64,000 nt of DNA from Paramoeba atlantica (Eukaryota > Protista > Discosea), in the NCBI GenBank assembly GCA_977017575.1, contig CDRNVI010000185.1, positions 123,557 to 187,556 on the forward strand. Direction: 5' to 3'. Of this stretch, positions 63,761 through 64,000 are shown in pieces. A program made the position numbers and the translations under genes. Below the pieces are notes generated by a model, which saw nothing but the letters and a program-made list of their open reading frames with translations, was not told the origin of the DNA and searched no databases. Every line of letters begins with the position of its first letter. Positions within the stretch are counted from its first letter, which is position 1.

Positions 63761-64000
63761 GAACCCAGAATAAAATACAATTTACAACTGGAATATTCAA
63801 AATAAATTGATTCATGAGGGGGGTGTTTGATGATCTCCTCCAAAATAAAATTGGTTGTTGAAAAAAAAGGTAGGATGTGAAAAGAGGCAAATAACAGGAA
63901 AAAAAAATATTTTATTTTTTCTGACCAATCCGAAAAAAAAATGCTTTTATTAAAATCAACATCATCTTGCCTTTAATCTTTAATGAGTCTCCCCCCTCTC

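Overview
Eukaryotic (protist) DNA with no prokaryotic operons or CRISPR arrays, made of two very different parts. (A) About 1-13.8 kb has balanced composition, abundant CpG and no introns. Its ORFs are co-oriented on the + strand: three LRR-family genes, an EST1/SMG5-7-type TPR protein and a Ser/Pro-rich hypothetical. Several short TIR elements (MITEs) lie between them. This style suggests a kinetoplastid such as Perkinsela (inference). (B) About 13.8-64 kb is AT-rich and full of low-complexity purine/pyrimidine tracts. It holds one complete 18S-5.8S-28S unit (AT-rich 2.1-kb 18S, Paramoeba/Dactylopodida-like by inference), a 4-unit polyubiquitin, seven tRNA genes plus three tRNA relics all on the + strand, and a 193-bp satellite. 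It also holds many nested transposon relics: IS5/ISL2EU-Harbinger-type, piggyBac-like, L1-like with RNase H, CRE-like, pogo-like, a Transib-like MITE, and a full-length intron-containing hAT-like element. The two parts meet at a 5'-truncated tRNA-Gly. Best leads: (1) the A/B junction, either an endosymbiont-to-host transfer or an assembly chimera; (2) directional C>T/G>A, CpG-focused erosion of repeats, pointing to methylation-linked repeat silencing; (3) a 232-bp TGT...ACT solo-LTR-like element inserted twice with exact 5-bp TSDs; (4) the hAT-like element with a 7-bp TSD. Family and taxon calls come from motif recognition only, and no searches were run. Some frameshifts may be homopolymer sequencing errors.
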